Assembly (NCBI GenBank): GCA_013239625.1
Contig: MU054391.1
Location: 1,827,130-1,891,129 of the forward strand
Origin: Lama guanicoe
Lineage: Eukaryota
Direction: 5' to 3'
Length of the DNA: 64,000 nucleotides
Below are positions 61,461 through 64,000 of this stretch, one piece after another. The translations under genes were made by a program, and so were the position numbers. Positions within the stretch are counted from its first letter, which is position 1, and every line of letters starts with the position of its first letter. Below the pieces are notes generated by a model. It had not been told where the DNA came from. It did no database searches and saw only the letters and a list, made by a program, of their open reading frames with translations.

Positions 61461-63272
61461 TGTTTTGGAAGAGCAAACCCAGGTCTGCTCACAGTGTCCG
61501 CTATGGAATCAGATTAAAAAATTAGCAGTAGATTTCCTTTGGTATTTTTGTTTCGGAAAATAAATGTCACAGGTTCAAGAATACTCTCTATTAACTACAT
61601 TTTTTTGAAGGCTCACGAAAATACTGATATAAGGCAGAAAGCCCTGATTCCCTAAAATGCTTACAGAATGGTATATAATGACCTTATAATTGAACACGTG
61701 AAGAACTCGCTTGATTTCTGTGTTGGAGTAAGTATAATACAGAGCATGAATTTTAATGCTTCTCATCTCAGATGAAGAATTAGAAAACACGAACTGCCTC
61801 CAGTGTGGCCATACTCCAGATTTAATTAAAAGACGTTGGTTGAAATCCAACAATTATGGTGTCTGAACTCTGATCATTTGTTACTTACCTTTTTTTAAGG
61901 TGTAGTTTTTAATGATGTTTTTATTCAGAGTCAGGGCACATCACAATGACGTGCCACACACGTTACTTTCGCTTTCCCTTTACTTCCCACTTGGGATAAA
62001 CAAAACGCCCCCTTATTTCCGGAGGGCCGCCTCAGTGGAGTGAAGGGACACACCCCACAGCACCGCAAGTGCCACACACCCATCCTAAGGCAAAATGAGT
62101 CCAGTCAAACCCTCGGTTAATTCAATCAGAGAAAAGAGCAAAACTGACTTTGTGTTGACTTGGTTGCTGTTTGGAGCGAAATCATTAAAGAATTAATTTT
62201 GGAAGAGTTGTAGGCTCTTTGGCACCATAGTCTTGAACCAGGCATGCCTCAAGGTTTGGAAGAATCTGACCTCAAATGAAAATAGTGACGTTTTGTGCAA
62301 GACTGAATTTATAAATGAGGTCTAGGAACCACAGCACCCCACGATTCAGCGTCTTTGTCATGGGTATGATTTATGCCTACACGTTTGAAACACAGGCTTC
62401 CTAGTGTAATGGCCGACACTGCAAGCGACTTGCTCTTTGTGGCCTCTTTGCTCCTGTGTGAGGGTGCGGTAGGAAGTGCGGGTTCTGCAGAAGCAGGACC
62501 GGTGGGACTGGGGGAGCCTCGCAGGGACCCTGACTCTCAGATAGTGAACAGGTGCGCAGAGCGGAGCGGAAGAGCAGACAGCGTTTACTGAGGGGTGGCT
62601 GGGCACGAAGCTCGAAGCTGGGCGGGCGCAGGGCGCAGGTCATGACTCCAGAAAAAGCAAGACAAGTTCATGCACTCCTCCCAGCGTGTGAGGGGAAGGG
62701 CGACCTTGTTTTGTAACAAAGACCTTCAGCCTTACCGAGGTCAGCATATTGCTTGAGGATGCCAAGGGTACCGTCCGCGGTGGAAAACCTAGTCTTGAGC
62801 GTCTTCTGGGTTGTTTTATTTCCCCAAGTCAGCTGTAAGGGAGTTAGGAGAGTGATGCTTCACTCACCACAAAAGTAGACAATATCCCAGGTTGACCATG
62901 ATAGTCCGGTGAAGGCAGGAGGACCACCTTGGCCGTGGCCTGAAGATGAATACTCGACGTGAGCAAACGGCTGTTATGGGGAGCCGCGTGCACGGGGGAG
63001 GACAGGGCGGTTTATGCTCAGCTGGGCTCTGGGAGCCCTGGCCGGGTGATGATCCAGGCAAAACCTTTTATTTCACTTTCAACTCACTGACCTCTCTGGC
63101 GAGGTCACCTTGAGCATTTGGAAGAAGACCCAAGATTCCAGATATTTGGTGGGGAAATTCCTGTGGGCCTGCAGGGTGTTATATAACATCTGTGATATCT
63201 AGCCTAGCATCTAGGGTCTTCTAGGTGTTCAGTGAAGATCTGTCCTGTAACAAGATACATAATGTTAAAAAA

Positions 63273-63318
63273 GAAATTAACACAACATTGTAAATTGACT
63301 ACACTTCAATTAAAAAAA
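63273..63318 (+). mobile_element. Terminal ~45 bp of lineage L1
   Basis: gaaattaacacaacattgtaaattgactacacttcaattaaaaaaa is the same terminus as 60000-60050. Confidence 0.7.
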
Positions 63319-63839
63319 TTTTTTTCTAAGTAGATGGTTGAATTGAGAGAATGCAATTGGTAGGTTTCATCGGCCACTGGATGTCACTGTTTATCCACCA
63401 ACAGAGGATCAGCTTTTTTTTTTTCCCTCCCTCCACCTGGTCAGGACGAAAGACTCTGGAAGCTGCTCCAGGTGCAGAGATTTCCAGCTCGTTTCTCATA
63501 AGTGAGCTGTTTTCTCTCGGGAAAAGAGTGAGTCCTGAGTTATTCAATTCAGACTTTTCTCCTCACAGCTTAGATCAAGAACTGGTGTGTTGTCTTTTCT
63601 TCTTTTTCTTCTCCCCTGGAGAAGTTTCCTCTTGCTAACACAAACAAGAGCTTTTATCTTGCAGTTCATCTTGGAAACAGGAACACTGGTTCGTACCAGA
63701 CTGTGACGTTTCATATGAACCTACCGCAGGTGCTTGGAATAAGTCCCCACCTTGTTAGGCTCAGCCAATCCCCATCATGGCTGCAGAGAGGGTCCCTGGA
63801 ATCTTGGGGTCATTCTTACGCCCTGGGGCAGTAAAAAAA

Positions 63840-63980
63840 ATAGCTTTGAATTCCACGGCTGCCACCACCATTTGTTATCTGTGTGACCTTGGAGGTGTTA
63901 CTTGATGTCTCTGATCCCCACTGTCCCTTGCCCTTGGCAGACCTTCCAGTCCCACCTCCTTGGGTTTGTGGGGTGGAAGC
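63840..63980 (+). mobile_element. MIR remnant
   Basis: ctgccaccaccatttgttatctgtgtgaccttggaggtgttacttgatgtctctgatcccca. Confidence 0.6.
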
Positions 63981-64000
63981 AAGTTTGAACTCAAAATTCC

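Overview
Mammalian genomic DNA, GC-rich and largely non-coding. The tRNA-derived SINEs and cetartiodactyl-type L1 3' ends suggest a camelid (inference). The first half appears to hold the 3' end of DCDC2C on the + strand. An exon at 361-402 (EKEDERLYEDNERK) and a terminal exon at 32017-32046 (MAWEWKPVN*) match my recollection of the human DCDC2C C-terminus (…DKEDARLCEDVERK|MAREWKPVD*); this comparison is from memory, not a database search. Inside that ~31.6-kb last intron is a phase-compatible chain of four further candidate exons (7655-7682, 10273-10331, 17244-17307, 29413-29888). The chain ends in a coding 60-bp minisatellite and its own AATAAA, which predicts an alternative ~208-aa repeat-bearing C-terminus. 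This is the most interesting signal in the window. The rest is intronic or intergenic and contains L1, L2, MIR, MLT1, Tigger/MER2, Charlie1 and SINE remnants. Several retrotransposition events are mechanistically informative: a 3' transduction, a twin-priming inversion, an internally primed copy and a nested insertion. There is also a short interstitial telomeric repeat, candidate enhancers, and a CpG island (with a 28-N gap) at ~60.2-61.3 kb. Almost all ORFs in the supplied track are spurious. No prokaryote-type system (CRISPR etc.) is present. Repeat subfamily names are by-eye recognitions.
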